Made by a program: the position numbers and the translations under genes. The notes beneath the pieces are model-generated. The model was not told where the DNA came from. It saw only the letters and a program-made list of their open reading frames with translations, and searched no databases. Shown piece after piece: positions 9,481 to 17,468 of a stretch of DNA of 32,000 nucleotides (the stretch's first letter is position 1; the number at the start of each line of letters is the position of its first letter). Where the stretch lies: positions 3,390,001-3,422,000 of the forward strand of contig NZ_CP021983.2 of NCBI RefSeq assembly GCF_002075285.3, in the 5' to 3' direction. The stretch comes from Halomicronema hongdechloris C2206 (lineage in GTDB: Bacteria > Cyanobacteriota > Cyanobacteriia > Phormidesmidales > Phormidesmidaceae).

Positions 9481-9795
9481 AGTCACCCCTAGAAAATCGG
9501 CTGATTTGGCCACTTTGCTGGATTTTTCTGGCCATGCGATCGCACCTCCCCTGTCTCTAGTCTGGCATCACCGACTCCGCGGCGATGGCTATCCCGCCTC
9601 TGGGGCTGACGCACCGATATCTCCCTGCCAATATTGCCTGCCAATATCGATCGACGGGCAGGGGAAATAAACAGCGCTGGCGGCAATTACTTTAATCCCG
9701 ACTAAAAAAGTCGGATATGTTTGACGGGGTTTTGTGGCCCGTGTTACTATCCGGCCAGCTTCGTCGTTGGTACTAGATACCGTCGTTGTCTGTGT

Positions 9796-9829
9796 CCTCG
9801 TTTGCGCCGAGTCCTCGTTTGCGCCGAGT
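9796..9829. repeat. Perfect tandem duplication of a 17-nt unit, CCTCGTTTGCGCCGAGT x2
   Basis: 9796-9812 equals 9813-9829, about 30 nt upstream of the preferred ATG (9858) of the thrC-like gene. Confidence 0.9.
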
Positions 9830-9857
9830 ATTGTTGTTGTGCGTTGGGAGTAGCCCT

Positions 9858-11168
9858 ATGACCCAGGTGATTGAGCAAGCCACGTCGACTGCCCCCCAGT
9901 CGACGTTTACGGCTTTGAGATGTAAGGAATGTGGCGAAGAGTATTCCTTAGGCGCCAACCATGTTTGCGAAGATGTGTGCTTTGGCCCCCTAGAAGTCGT
10001 CTATGACTATGACGAAATTCGGCGACGGGTCAGCCGAGATGCGATCGCATCTGGCCCCAATTCCATCTGGCGTTACAAAGACTTTCTCCCCGTCAATACC
10101 GACACCCCCATTGATGTCGGCACCGGCATGACACCTCTAGTGCCAGCCAATCGCCTGGCCCGCCACTTAGGGCTAAAGCGGCTCTACATTAAAAATGATG
10201 CCGTCAACATGCCCACCCTCAGCTTCAAAGATCGGGTGGTGTCTGTGGCGCTGACCCGAGCTCGGGAACTCGGCTTCTCCACGGTTTCCTGCGCCAGCAC
10301 TGGCAATTTAGCCAATTCCACCGCCGCCATTGCCGCCCATGCCGGGCTCGACTGCTGTGTCTTCATTCCTGCCGATCTAGAAGCCGGCAAAATCCTAGGC
10401 ACATTGATCTACGGCCCTATCCTCATGGCCGTCGAGGGCAATTACGACCAAGTCAATCGCCTCTGCTCCGAAGTTGCCAACACCCACGGTTGGGGATTTG
10501 TCAATATTAATTTGCGTCCCTACTATTCTGAGGGATCCAAGACCCTGGGCTTTGAAGTGGCCGAGCAACTCGGATGGCAGCTGCCTGACCACATCGTGGC
10601 TCCCCTAGCCTCTGGCTCCCTGTTTGGCAAGATCTACAAAGGCTTCCAAGAATTCACCAAAGTTGGCCTGGTGGCCGACAAAGCAGTCCGCTTCAGTGGG
10701 GCCCAAGCCGAAGGGTGCTCCCCCATCGCTCAAGCCTTCCAAGAAAGTCGCGACTTCATTTCTCCGGTGAAGCCCAATACCATTGCCAAATCTATCGCCA
10801 TTGGCAATCCTGCTGACGGTGTCTATGCCCTAGATATCGCCCGCAAGACCCAAGGCACCATTGAGGCCGTCACCGATGCCGAAATTGTCGAAGGCATGAA
10901 ATTGCTGGCAGAAACGGAAGGCATCTTTACCGAAACCGCCGGTGGCACCACCATCGCCGTATTGAAGAAGCTGGTAGAAGCAGGCAAAGTCGACCCCGAT
11001 GAAACTACCGTGGCCTATATCACAGGTAACGGTTTGAAAACCCAAGAGGCCGTCGCTGGGTATATCGGGGAGCCGTTGACGATTGAGGCGAAGCTTGACA
11101 GCTTCGAGCGGGCCCTAGATCGCGCCCGCACCCTAGACCGATTGGAGTGGCAGCAGATATTGGTTTAA
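9858..11168 (+). CDS. thrC: Threonine-synthase-fold PLP enzyme with an N-terminal zinc ribbon (ThrC, or a ThrC-like sulfur-carrier-dependent enzyme)
   Basis: PLP-lysine motif SFKDR. Cys-rich N-terminus CKECGEEY...HVCEDVCFGPLEVVYDYD. Fold-type II blocks ASTGN and GNPADG. ATG at 9858 is preceded by GGGAG; the track start at 9786 is a TTG. Confidence 0.85.
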   Translation: MTQVIEQATSTAPQSTFTALRCKECGEEYSLGANHVCEDVCFGPLEVVYDYDEIRRRVSRDAIASGPNSIWRYKDFLPVNTDTPIDVGTGMTPLVPANRLARHLGLKRLYIKNDAVNMPTLSFKDRVVSVALTRARELGFSTVSCASTGNLANSTAAIAAHAGLDCCVFIPADLEAGKILGTLIYGPILMAVEGNYDQVNRLCSEVANTHGWGFVNINLRPYYSEGSKTLGFEVAEQLGWQLPDHIVAPLASGSLFGKIYKGFQEFTKVGLVADKAVRFSGAQAEGCSPIAQAFQESRDFISPVKPNTIAKSIAIGNPADGVYALDIARKTQGTIEAVTDAEIVEGMKLLAETEGIFTETAGGTTIAVLKKLVEAGKVDPDETTVAYITGNGLKTQEAVAGYIGEPLTIEAKLDSFERALDRARTLDRLEWQQILV

Positions 11169-11315
11169 TTGCCTGGAATACTACTATGCCGGGGGCCATA
11201 CCCAGTTTCACCTGAGTGTGTTGATTGCTTCTCAGGTTCCCTCTAGCTGGGCTTAAGCTTCGACATCACAAGGGGGATCCTGTTGTCGTTCAGCCATTAC
11301 TGTTTTGAGTGCACC

Positions 11316-11591
11316 ATGACCGTTAAAGTTCTGATTCCAACGCCATTGCAAAAGTTCACCAACAATCAAGCCACCATCGAGTGTACAGGGTCCACTATCG
11401 TTGAGCTATTGGATGTCCTCGAACAGAATTGTCCCGGCATCAAAAAGCGCCTCTGCGACGATCAGGGTGAACTGCGCCGGTTTATCAACTTCTACGTCAA
11501 CAGCGAAGACATTCGCTTCCTCAACGGGAAAGAGACCCCTCTGAGTGATGGTGACGAAGTCAGCATTGTCCCGGCTGTGGCCGGAGGCTAG
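11316..11591 (+). CDS. MoaD/ThiS-family ubiquitin-like sulfur-carrier protein, C-terminal GG
   Basis: ~91 aa from the ATG at 11316. It ends ...[14 protein letters not shown] followed by a stop, the canonical beta-grasp sulfur-carrier tail. It lies 147 nt downstream of the thrC-like gene on the same strand. Confidence 0.85.
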   Translation: MTVKVLIPTPLQKFTNNQATIECTGSTIVELLDVLEQNCPGIKKRLCDDQGELRRFINFYVNSEDIRFLNGKETPLSDGDEVSIVPAVAGG

Positions 11592-11791
11592 CCCTTCATG
11601 ACCGACGAGTAGCATTCGATCTACTGGGTCCCTGGGGCATGGGTCAGACGTGCCTTTTTTAGGCTTGACTGCCGACGGGGGCTTGGCTGCCGAGTGCTAC
11701 TGCCCTAGCCATGCCATTACCCCTGATAGGTTGCCGATGAGCGGACCACGACCGGGCCAACCCGGAAAACAGTGGTATCGGCAGAAGAATC

Positions 11792-11822
11792 TTGACAGAG
11801 TTTCGACAGAAGTTGTTAGAAT
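11792..11822 (+). promoter_or_regulatory. Candidate tRNA promoter, TTGACA-N19-TAGAAT
   Basis: TTGACA at 11792-11797 and TAGAAT at 11817-11822, 18 nt before the tRNA 5' end. The 19-nt spacer is long. Confidence 0.35.
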
Positions 11823-11839
11823 GGCTAAGCTTGCCTCGT

Positions 11840-11911
11840 TGGGGTGTAGCCAAGCGGTAAGGCAGCGGGTTTTGGTCCCGCCATTCCTAGGTTCGAATCC
11901 TAGCACCCCAG
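11840..11911 (+). tRNA. tRNA-Gln (anticodon UUG)
   Basis: Hand-folded. Acceptor TGGGGTG/CACCCCA; D arm GCC-AAGCGGTAA-GGC; anticodon stem GCGGG/CCCGC with loop TTTTGGT (TTG at positions 34-36); T arm CTAGG-TTCGAAT-CCTAG; discriminator G. CCA is not encoded. Close to E. coli tRNA-Gln. Confidence 0.93.
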
Positions 11912-12207
11912 TCTTCAATCGGCTTTTTGTAGTGGCTGACTTTAGTCGCTGCTTGACCAGTTTTGGCTGAGCTGTTCTGGCCGTAGGCGATGTCATGACA
12001 TAGTTGTCAGGATCCCTCACCAGTCAACTAGCCAGGATAGGCGACTCTGTGTCCTGTGAGCTTGCTCAGAGATAGCGAGTCAGCTTGCTGTGGCAAGCTC
12101 TAGCTGGTAAGTAAGGGGTTACAGGACACTAATGTCTGTCTTTTGACGGAATCATCAAGGCACATAATTTCCCAAGCTAGGGGTAGAGAGACGCCAAGGA
12201 GGTTTCC

Positions 12208-12819
12208 ATGGCTTACGAACTACCGAATCTGCCTTACGCCTACGATGCGCTAGAGCCTCATATCTCAGCGCGCACCCTAGAATTTCACCACGATAAGCAT
12301 CACGCTAAGTATGTCAATACCTATAACAGCCTGGTTCAGGAAGCTGGCATGGCTGAGCGCTCTATTGAGGACGTGATCAAGGCAGCCTACAACAATCCCG
12401 AACTGACCAAGCTACACAATAATGCGGCTCAAGCCTGGAACCATAGCTTCTACTGGAACTGCATGAGCCCGAATGGGGGTGGTCAGCCCACAGGAGAGTT
12501 GGCTGAAAAAATCAACCAGGAGCTAGGCGGCTTGGAGTCTTTCAAGGATGCCTTGAAGTCTGCTGGCACCGGTCAATTTGGTAGTGGCTGGGCTTGGCTG
12601 GTCCTCGAGAATGGTCGTCTGAAGGTCATCAATACTCCTAACGCGGTTAATCCCATTGTCTATGGCCAATTTCCTCTGTTGACCATGGATGTCTGGGAGC
12701 ATGCTTACTACCTCGATTATCAGAATGGTCGAGCTAAGTATGCTGACGCCTTTGTCAATAACCTGATCAATTGGGAATTTGTCGCCCAGCAACTGGAAGC
12801 CGCTAAGCAGCTCGCCTAG
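12208..12819 (+). CDS. sodB: Iron superoxide dismutase
   Basis: LPNLPYAYDALEPHIS, FHHDKHH, AAQAWNHSFYW (Fe-type) and DVWEHAYYLDYQN. Strong SD AAGGAGG upstream. Confidence 0.95.
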   Translation: MAYELPNLPYAYDALEPHISARTLEFHHDKHHAKYVNTYNSLVQEAGMAERSIEDVIKAAYNNPELTKLHNNAAQAWNHSFYWNCMSPNGGGQPTGELAEKINQELGGLESFKDALKSAGTGQFGSGWAWLVLENGRLKVINTPNAVNPIVYGQFPLLTMDVWEHAYYLDYQNGRAKYADAFVNNLINWEFVAQQLEAAKQLA

Positions 12820-12927
12820 CAAGTTAGCTAGTAGGGCATTGACTCGCTCTCAGGCTAATGGGCACAGGCGAACGAATCGGTCTCAGCAGTTATTAGGTTG
12901 ATTCTGGTTGGTTGCCCCGAGCCCCGT

Positions 12928-12955
12928 AAGCAGAGATCTCTAGGGATCTCTGCTT
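12928..12955 (+). terminator. Hairpin downstream of sodB (11-bp perfect stem)
   Basis: AAGCAGAGATC-tctagg-GATCTCTGCTT, ~110 nt after the sodB stop. It is followed by an AT-rich stretch (gtatatatata) rather than a clean U-tract. Confidence 0.5.
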
Positions 12956-13130
12956 GTATATATATAGCTAGTATTCTGTGGCAGAAACCATGCTGCTATT
13001 GACTGGCTTGAATAGCTGCATTGATCAGGATTTCCCTGTCTGCTTGCTGCCTTCTTGCTTGCTGCCTTGGCGTACTAGGCAAGTAGAGCGCCTAGTCAAC
13101 GTTTGGAGTGCTGTGCTATTGCTGGTGGCA

Positions 13131-13718
13131 TTATCTGTTGAAGTGGGATACTTGATACTGGAGCAGCAAAACCCCATTGTCGTAGCTGATCTGATTGGTC
13201 AAGTCTAAGGCCGTTTGCTGAACTACCCCTGAAAACAGTGGGATCCCAGGGCCGATCAGAAACGGATTTAGCTTCAAAATAAGTTGATCGATCAACTTAT
13301 TGGCAAAGAGGGTCGTCGCCAACGTTGCCCCACCGCAGAGCCAAATCCCTTTGCCAGGGCGTTGCTTTAAACTCGCAACCATCTCAACAGCATCATCTGA
13401 AACCAACTCGACATGTTCACCTGGACTGGTTTTCATGCTGCGGGAAAACAAATATTGCTGCAGATGGGAATACGGATTGGTTATGCCGTCCTTTAAGCCT
13501 ACTTCATAGGTTTTGCGGCCCATCAGCACCGTATCGAATCTTTGATTTTCGCCATGGATGCCCAGAGCCGCACGGAAATGGGTGAGGAGTGTCTCAGGAA
13601 ATGCCGCAAATAGCGCCTGTAGATAAGCACTATCTTGAGCAAATCCATCATGGGAGCCATCTGCATGGGCAATAAAACCGTCAACACTGCAGGCAACAAA
13701 GTAGGTGACTTCTCGCAT
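13131..13718 (-). CDS. RibD C-terminal domain / dihydrofolate-reductase-like family protein (paralog 1)
   Basis: From the ATG at 13718 (SD GAGAGGAAG): MREVTYFVACSVDGFIAHADGSHD...VLMGRKTYE...IWLCGGATLATTL...LILKLNPFLIGPGIPLF. These are typical PF01872-type blocks. Confidence 0.8.
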   Translation of the reverse strand: MREVTYFVACSVDGFIAHADGSHDGFAQDSAYLQALFAAFPETLLTHFRAALGIHGENQRFDTVLMGRKTYEVGLKDGITNPYSHLQQYLFSRSMKTSPGEHVELVSDDAVEMVASLKQRPGKGIWLCGGATLATTLFANKLIDQLILKLNPFLIGPGIPLFSGVVQQTALDLTNQISYDNGVLLLQYQVSHFNR

Positions 13719-13758
13719 ATTCTTCCTCTCTAGGGGGGCGACCTCAATCGCTAGGGAC

Positions 13759-14325
13759 TCAGGGGTGATCTCGCTGAGAATACGAGACTTGATAGCGCAA
13801 TTCAGCGAAATAATCGCCCATTGGCTGGACTGATAGGAGCTGCAGTGGTGGCTGGATCCGACGTGGAAATAGGGGAGCTCCACGCCCCAACGTGACAGCA
13901 GCAATGGTCACCACGATTTCATCTAGGAGTCCACAATCATAGAATTGACTAGCTAAGTCTCCACCACCGACAATCCATAGGGTGTTATCCCCTGCTGCGA
14001 TCGTCATCTCTTTATGAATGGGCTGTACATCGCCGCTGACAAATCGTATATCTGCTCCTGTAATCGCGGGCAGCCGGCGAGAACTGAATACCCACGTGGG
14101 CACAGAATAGGGCCAGGGGCGAGAATCTCCAGTTTTCGGCGCAATATGATGATCATAGAGCCACTGATAGGTGGTGGCCCCCATGGCAATGGCTCCCACG
14201 CCTGCTAGGAACGCCTCAAACGTATTGGGTTTCGGCTCGCCCAATTGCGACAGCCAATCCAGGGATTGATCCTGATCGGCAATGAAGCCATCCAGGCTGG
14301 TGGCGGTGTAGTAAATGGTTGTCAT
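13759..14325 (-). CDS. RibD C-terminal domain / dihydrofolate-reductase-like family protein (paralog 2)
   Basis: From the ATG at 14325: MTTIYYTATSLDGFIADQDQSLDWL...AMGATTYQW...LWIVGGGDLASQF...VVTIAAVTLGRGAPLF. The start lies 1 nt after the stop of the upstream cupin gene. Confidence 0.8.
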   Translation of the reverse strand: MTTIYYTATSLDGFIADQDQSLDWLSQLGEPKPNTFEAFLAGVGAIAMGATTYQWLYDHHIAPKTGDSRPWPYSVPTWVFSSRRLPAITGADIRFVSGDVQPIHKEMTIAAGDNTLWIVGGGDLASQFYDCGLLDEIVVTIAAVTLGRGAPLFPRRIQPPLQLLSVQPMGDYFAELRYQVSYSQRDHP

Positions 14326-14326
14326 G

Positions 14327-14728
14327 TCAAACGGGACGATGTTGGGTGCCTTCACCAGGGGTGATGAACAGCATGGCACTGGGGGCATAGACTCTAGCGG
14401 TATGCCAGGTGCTACGGGGCACCAGCACATAGGCGCCTGAGCTGTTGAGATGCACCCTATGCTCAGCACCATCATGCTCTAGCACCACATCGACTTGGCC
14501 TGACAGGAGACAGACGAATTCCTCGCCGGCGGGGTGCATTTCCCAGGTGTCCCAGTCTTGGTCAAAGGTGAAATGGGACACTAGCCGTTTGCCCTGAAAG
14601 CTACCGAATTGGCGCCCTAGATCATCAAAAAATGTGCTGCTCACCGGCACGGGAATCGCAGTCCCATCCTCTCCGAGTACCACATAGGTAGAGTCAAGGC
14701 TAAAGGGGTGGGTTTTCTGGGGCATCAT
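14327..14728 (-). CDS. Cupin-domain protein
   Basis: WEMHPAGEEFVCLLSGQVDVVLE...YVLVPRSTWHTA is a two-motif cupin pattern. Tandem ATGs at 14728 and 14725 follow GAGGTG. Confidence 0.7.
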   Translation of the reverse strand: MMPQKTHPFSLDSTYVVLGEDGTAIPVPVSSTFFDDLGRQFGSFQGKRLVSHFTFDQDWDTWEMHPAGEEFVCLLSGQVDVVLEHDGAEHRVHLNSSGAYVLVPRSTWHTARVYAPSAMLFITPGEGTQHRPV

Positions 14729-14815
14729 GATCACCTCGAAACTATTGAGATGGACAACCATCCCATGGCATTTAGTATGGGGCCAGATGGTTGTGGCTCC
14801 TGACCTAGAGTTCGA

Positions 14816-15331
14816 TCATCTCCGCCGATAATGGGCCGTCATGAAGAGCTGCCACTGTCCGTCATCCCCGAGGCCATAGGATGTCAGTACCCGGTGATCA
14901 TCACTCTTGAATTCGATCACATCTTTGTACTGAGCCAGCTTCCCTTCACTGGACATGCTAGGACCTTTCGAATGCAGTGTCAGCACCCGTTCGGCAGCAT
15001 CTAACTCACCGTCATAGACCCAGAGGTAGGTCATCATCGAGCCAATCCAGGTACCTACGTAGCGCTGTTTTTGGGGATCGTAACCCAGGGTCATCAACGT
15101 AGTTGCGGTGCCATGACCACCACACATGTCCCCCTGCCCTTCAGCCACCACCCAGAGCCCACCGAGAGATTTGACACTTTCTGTGCCCGATGACTTTTCG
15201 AGCGGTTGGTCTGGACCCATGATGGCTTCGACTTCAAATGTCCACTCACCGATCAACTTATGTAACCATCGGTGCTCCTTCTGGGGTTCAGCTAGCATCG
15301 TTGGGGTTTGTTGGATGTCGGTTGTTGCCAT
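14816..15331 (-). CDS. DUF1579-family protein
   Basis: 171 aa. HRWLHKLIGEWTFEVEA...GLWVVAEGQG...TLGYDPQKQRYVGTWIGSMMTYLWVY fits my recollection of DUF1579. AAGGAG SD. Confidence 0.65.
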   Translation of the reverse strand: MATTDIQQTPTMLAEPQKEHRWLHKLIGEWTFEVEAIMGPDQPLEKSSGTESVKSLGGLWVVAEGQGDMCGGHGTATTLMTLGYDPQKQRYVGTWIGSMMTYLWVYDGELDAAERVLTLHSKGPSMSSEGKLAQYKDVIEFKSDDHRVLTSYGLGDDGQWQLFMTAHYRRR

Positions 15332-15454
15332 GGTGTAATCTCCTTGACTAGGTTTTAGAGTGCTCTATGCCGAGTCGAGGGCAGTAATTCTAGCTGCCGT
15401 AGACTGAGTCATCTAGCTGTCGTCTTGGGACTGCAAACCGGTCACCCGCAAGAC

Positions 15455-15865
15455 TCAATCAGCTGCATCACAGTTAATCATCCAGGGAATGCCGAATTGA
15501 TCGACCACCATGCCGAATTTCTCAGCCCAGAAGGTTTTCGCCAGGGGCATCTGGATGGTGCCGTTTTGGGCTAAGGCGTTAAAGATGTGTTCTGCTTGAG
15601 CCGGATCAGTCATCTGCAGAGACACTGAAAAACCCTGGGGTTTTTCGTAGGTGCCAGGGGGACAGTCAGAGCCCATCAGGCCCCAATTGCCCAGGGTGAG
15701 GTGGGCATGCATAATTTTGTCACCCCAGTCGGCAGGGACTTCCTGCTCCATCGGTGAGCCTCTATGGGGCATCATGGCCTCGAGGTTGCCACCTAAAACC
15801 TGTGCGTAGAACTGAAAGGCCGCTTCACAGTCACCATTGAAAAATAGGTAAGGATTGACTTCCAT
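15455..15865 (-). CDS. VOC-superfamily protein, PhnB/YjdN-like (3-demethylubiquinone-9 3-methyltransferase domain)
   Basis: MEVNPYLFFNGDCEAAFQFYAQVLGG...IMHAHL...FWAEKFGMVVDQFGIPWMIN is a classic PF06983 pattern. AAGGAG SD. Confidence 0.85.
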   Translation of the reverse strand: MEVNPYLFFNGDCEAAFQFYAQVLGGNLEAMMPHRGSPMEQEVPADWGDKIMHAHLTLGNWGLMGSDCPPGTYEKPQGFSVSLQMTDPAQAEHIFNALAQNGTIQMPLAKTFWAEKFGMVVDQFGIPWMINCDAAD

Positions 15866-15960
15866 CGTGTTCTCCTTGTGGAGGATATAGAGGGCTCTCT
15901 GGCAATCTGACGCAGTTGGTGGAAAACTATCGGATATGCGATCGCAACGCCACCATCATA

Positions 15961-15978
15961 ATAGTTCATTTGAACTAT
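15961..15978. promoter_or_regulatory. 8-2-8 perfect palindrome ATAGTTCA-TT-TGAACTAT, a candidate operator upstream of the VOC operon
   Basis: Read directly, ~100 nt upstream of the VOC start. On the minus strand it is immediately followed by TATTAT, a possible -10 box. Confidence 0.4.
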
Positions 15979-16038
15979 TTAGCTACAGTTGACATCGTTC
16001 TTAACCAAGTGCCTGCATCCCGTTGCCTGACAGGCTGG

Positions 16039-16316
16039 CTACAGCAGTGTTTGAATCGCTGCCAGAATGGCCTCATCGGGGGCGGGGCCGCTGCTGTCGA
16101 TTTCTAAATCCCAATCATAGACAACTGCGGCGGCAATTTTGTTGTATTCCTCCACCTGGTCATCTGAGATGGGGATGTGGTCAGCCCTGTCGCGGTGTTT
16201 GACCCGATGTAAGCAGGTGGCTCAATCAGCATAGACCCGGATCATCTTGAGGATATATTTCTGGGCCAGCGCCGTCCGCAACTTGCTAAATCCTGCCCCT
16301 GATGTTGACAGACCAT
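16039..16316 (-). pseudogene. Decayed small P-loop kinase/AAA_33-like gene
   Basis: AAGGAG-N9-ATG at 16316. One frame reads ...STSGAGFSKLRTALAQKYILKMIRVYAD, then a stop (16222-16224), then ATCLHRVKHRDRADHIPISDDQVEEYNKIAAAVVYDWDLEIDSSG...LL and the final stop. The Walker A looks degenerate, and the ATG is in a different frame from the homologous frame. Confidence 0.4.
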
Positions 16317-16329
16317 GCTGAGCGGCTCC

Positions 16330-16905
16330 TTAGCTGTGATTAAGGCGCCAATCTGGATTAATGCGGCTGGTGAGGACGTGATCTTGCCAGCCGCCGTTGA
16401 TAAACAGATAGTCTTTTGCAGTGCCTTCAATCTCAAAGCCCAGACGCTTGAGCACATTAGCACTGCGCTGATTGTGGGGCATATAGTTGGCCATAATCCG
16501 GTGTAGATTCAGCACCTCAAACCCATAGCGAATCAACTGAGACCCGGCTTCACTCATATAGCCTTGCCGTTGTTTCGCCGCTGCCAAGCTGTAGCCTAGG
16601 GTGGCTGCTTGAAAGACCCCCCAAATCATGTTGTTGAGATTGATGGCGCCAATGACCACAGCCGGGGCGGCCTGTTCAAAAATAAACAGTTTTAGCGATC
16701 GCTTCTGGACCGCATCCTGCCGACGCGCCTCTAGTTCTGCGGCCCAATAGCCTGGTGTGAGAAAATTATCGGGCCGCTGGGGTTCGAAGGGCTGCAGATA
16801 GGCCTGGTTCACCGTGAAATAGTGGATGATGCTGTCGATATCCTTGGGATCTCCTAGGCGGAGAATGAGGCGTTCTGACTCTAAAACCGGCATTGATAAT
16901 GGCAT
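16330..16905 (-). CDS. GNAT-family N-acetyltransferase (RimJ/RimL-like)
   Basis: LESERLILRL..., NLNNMIWGVFQAATLGYSL..., QRQGYMSEA..., LNLHRIMANYMPHNQRSANVLKRLGFEIEG. The start is ambiguous (16917 TTG, 16905 ATG or 16893 ATG). Confidence 0.85.
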   Translation of the reverse strand: MPLSMPVLESERLILRLGDPKDIDSIIHYFTVNQAYLQPFEPQRPDNFLTPGYWAAELEARRQDAVQKRSLKLFIFEQAAPAVVIGAINLNNMIWGVFQAATLGYSLAAAKQRQGYMSEAGSQLIRYGFEVLNLHRIMANYMPHNQRSANVLKRLGFEIEGTAKDYLFINGGWQDHVLTSRINPDWRLNHS

Positions 16906-17033
16906 GCTAGGCTGCAAGAAAATGTGAGGGTACAGCGCTGCTGAAGCTAGTCAGGTACAGGGAGAACTAGGAAGCCCTTGACTTCAGAAAATAAGCTTGT
17001 ACCTCACCCAGACAGGAAACGCTGTAGGAGGCT

Positions 17034-17348
17034 ATGGTAATGCAACTAGAGCACTGGAATCCCGAAACCGACGGTCCCCTTTCAGAATCTGCCCTACGCC
17101 AAAAGCTAGAAGCGAAGGGCTACCGGGTTAGCCGCTACACCTATCCCCCCGGCATGAGCTTTCCGTCCCATACCCACGGCGTCGATAAGATTGATGCCGT
17201 CCTCTCCGGACGCTTTCGCATGGCCATGCAGGGTCAATCCGTCATTCTAGAAGCCGGAGATATGCTGACTGTGCCTCAAGGCCAGAGTCATACGGCTGAA
17301 GTCGTGGGCAATGAGCCGGTGGTGAGTTTAGACGCGACCAGAGCCTAG
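17034..17348 (+). CDS. Small cupin-domain protein
   Basis: 104 aa. FPSHTHGVDKIDAVLSGRFRMAMQGQSVILEAGDMLTVPQGQSHTAEV. Confidence 0.8.
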   Translation: MVMQLEHWNPETDGPLSESALRQKLEAKGYRVSRYTYPPGMSFPSHTHGVDKIDAVLSGRFRMAMQGQSVILEAGDMLTVPQGQSHTAEVVGNEPVVSLDATRA

Positions 17349-17468
17349 GACACCAACATGGAATCCTAACGCCTGCCGTCGATGGCTGTCTAGGCTGGAA
17401 ATCCTCTGCTGGTAGGCTCTTGAAGCCTTAGGATAGACAGAGTCGTTCGGCCACTGGTCGCATCGAAC

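Noticed and set aside
9489-9686. 65-aa minus-strand ORF between ntcA and the thrC-like gene
   Set aside because: It is Arg/Pro/Gly-rich, contains a HIP1 site, and has no SD or motif. This is typical shadow ORF composition.
11650-12020. ORFs 11650..11970 (+), 11659..11853 (-) and 11697..12020 (-)
   Set aside because: The two longer ones overlap the well-folded tRNA-Gln gene and all three lie in or over its promoter region. Their compositions are Arg/Pro/Gly-rich, so they are spurious.
12978-13208. 76-aa plus-strand ORF after the sodB terminator
   Set aside because: It overlaps the 3' end of the DHFR-like gene on the other strand and has no SD. Its Leu/Cys-rich composition shows no motif.
15961-15978. 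LexA (SOS) box
   Set aside because: The 5-4-5 architecture AGTTC-N4-GAACT resembles the cyanobacterial AGTAC-N4-GTWCT type and the inverse of the Gram-positive GAAC-N4-GTTC box. But the core bases differ symmetrically, and the downstream genes are not SOS-type. It is kept only as a generic operator candidate.
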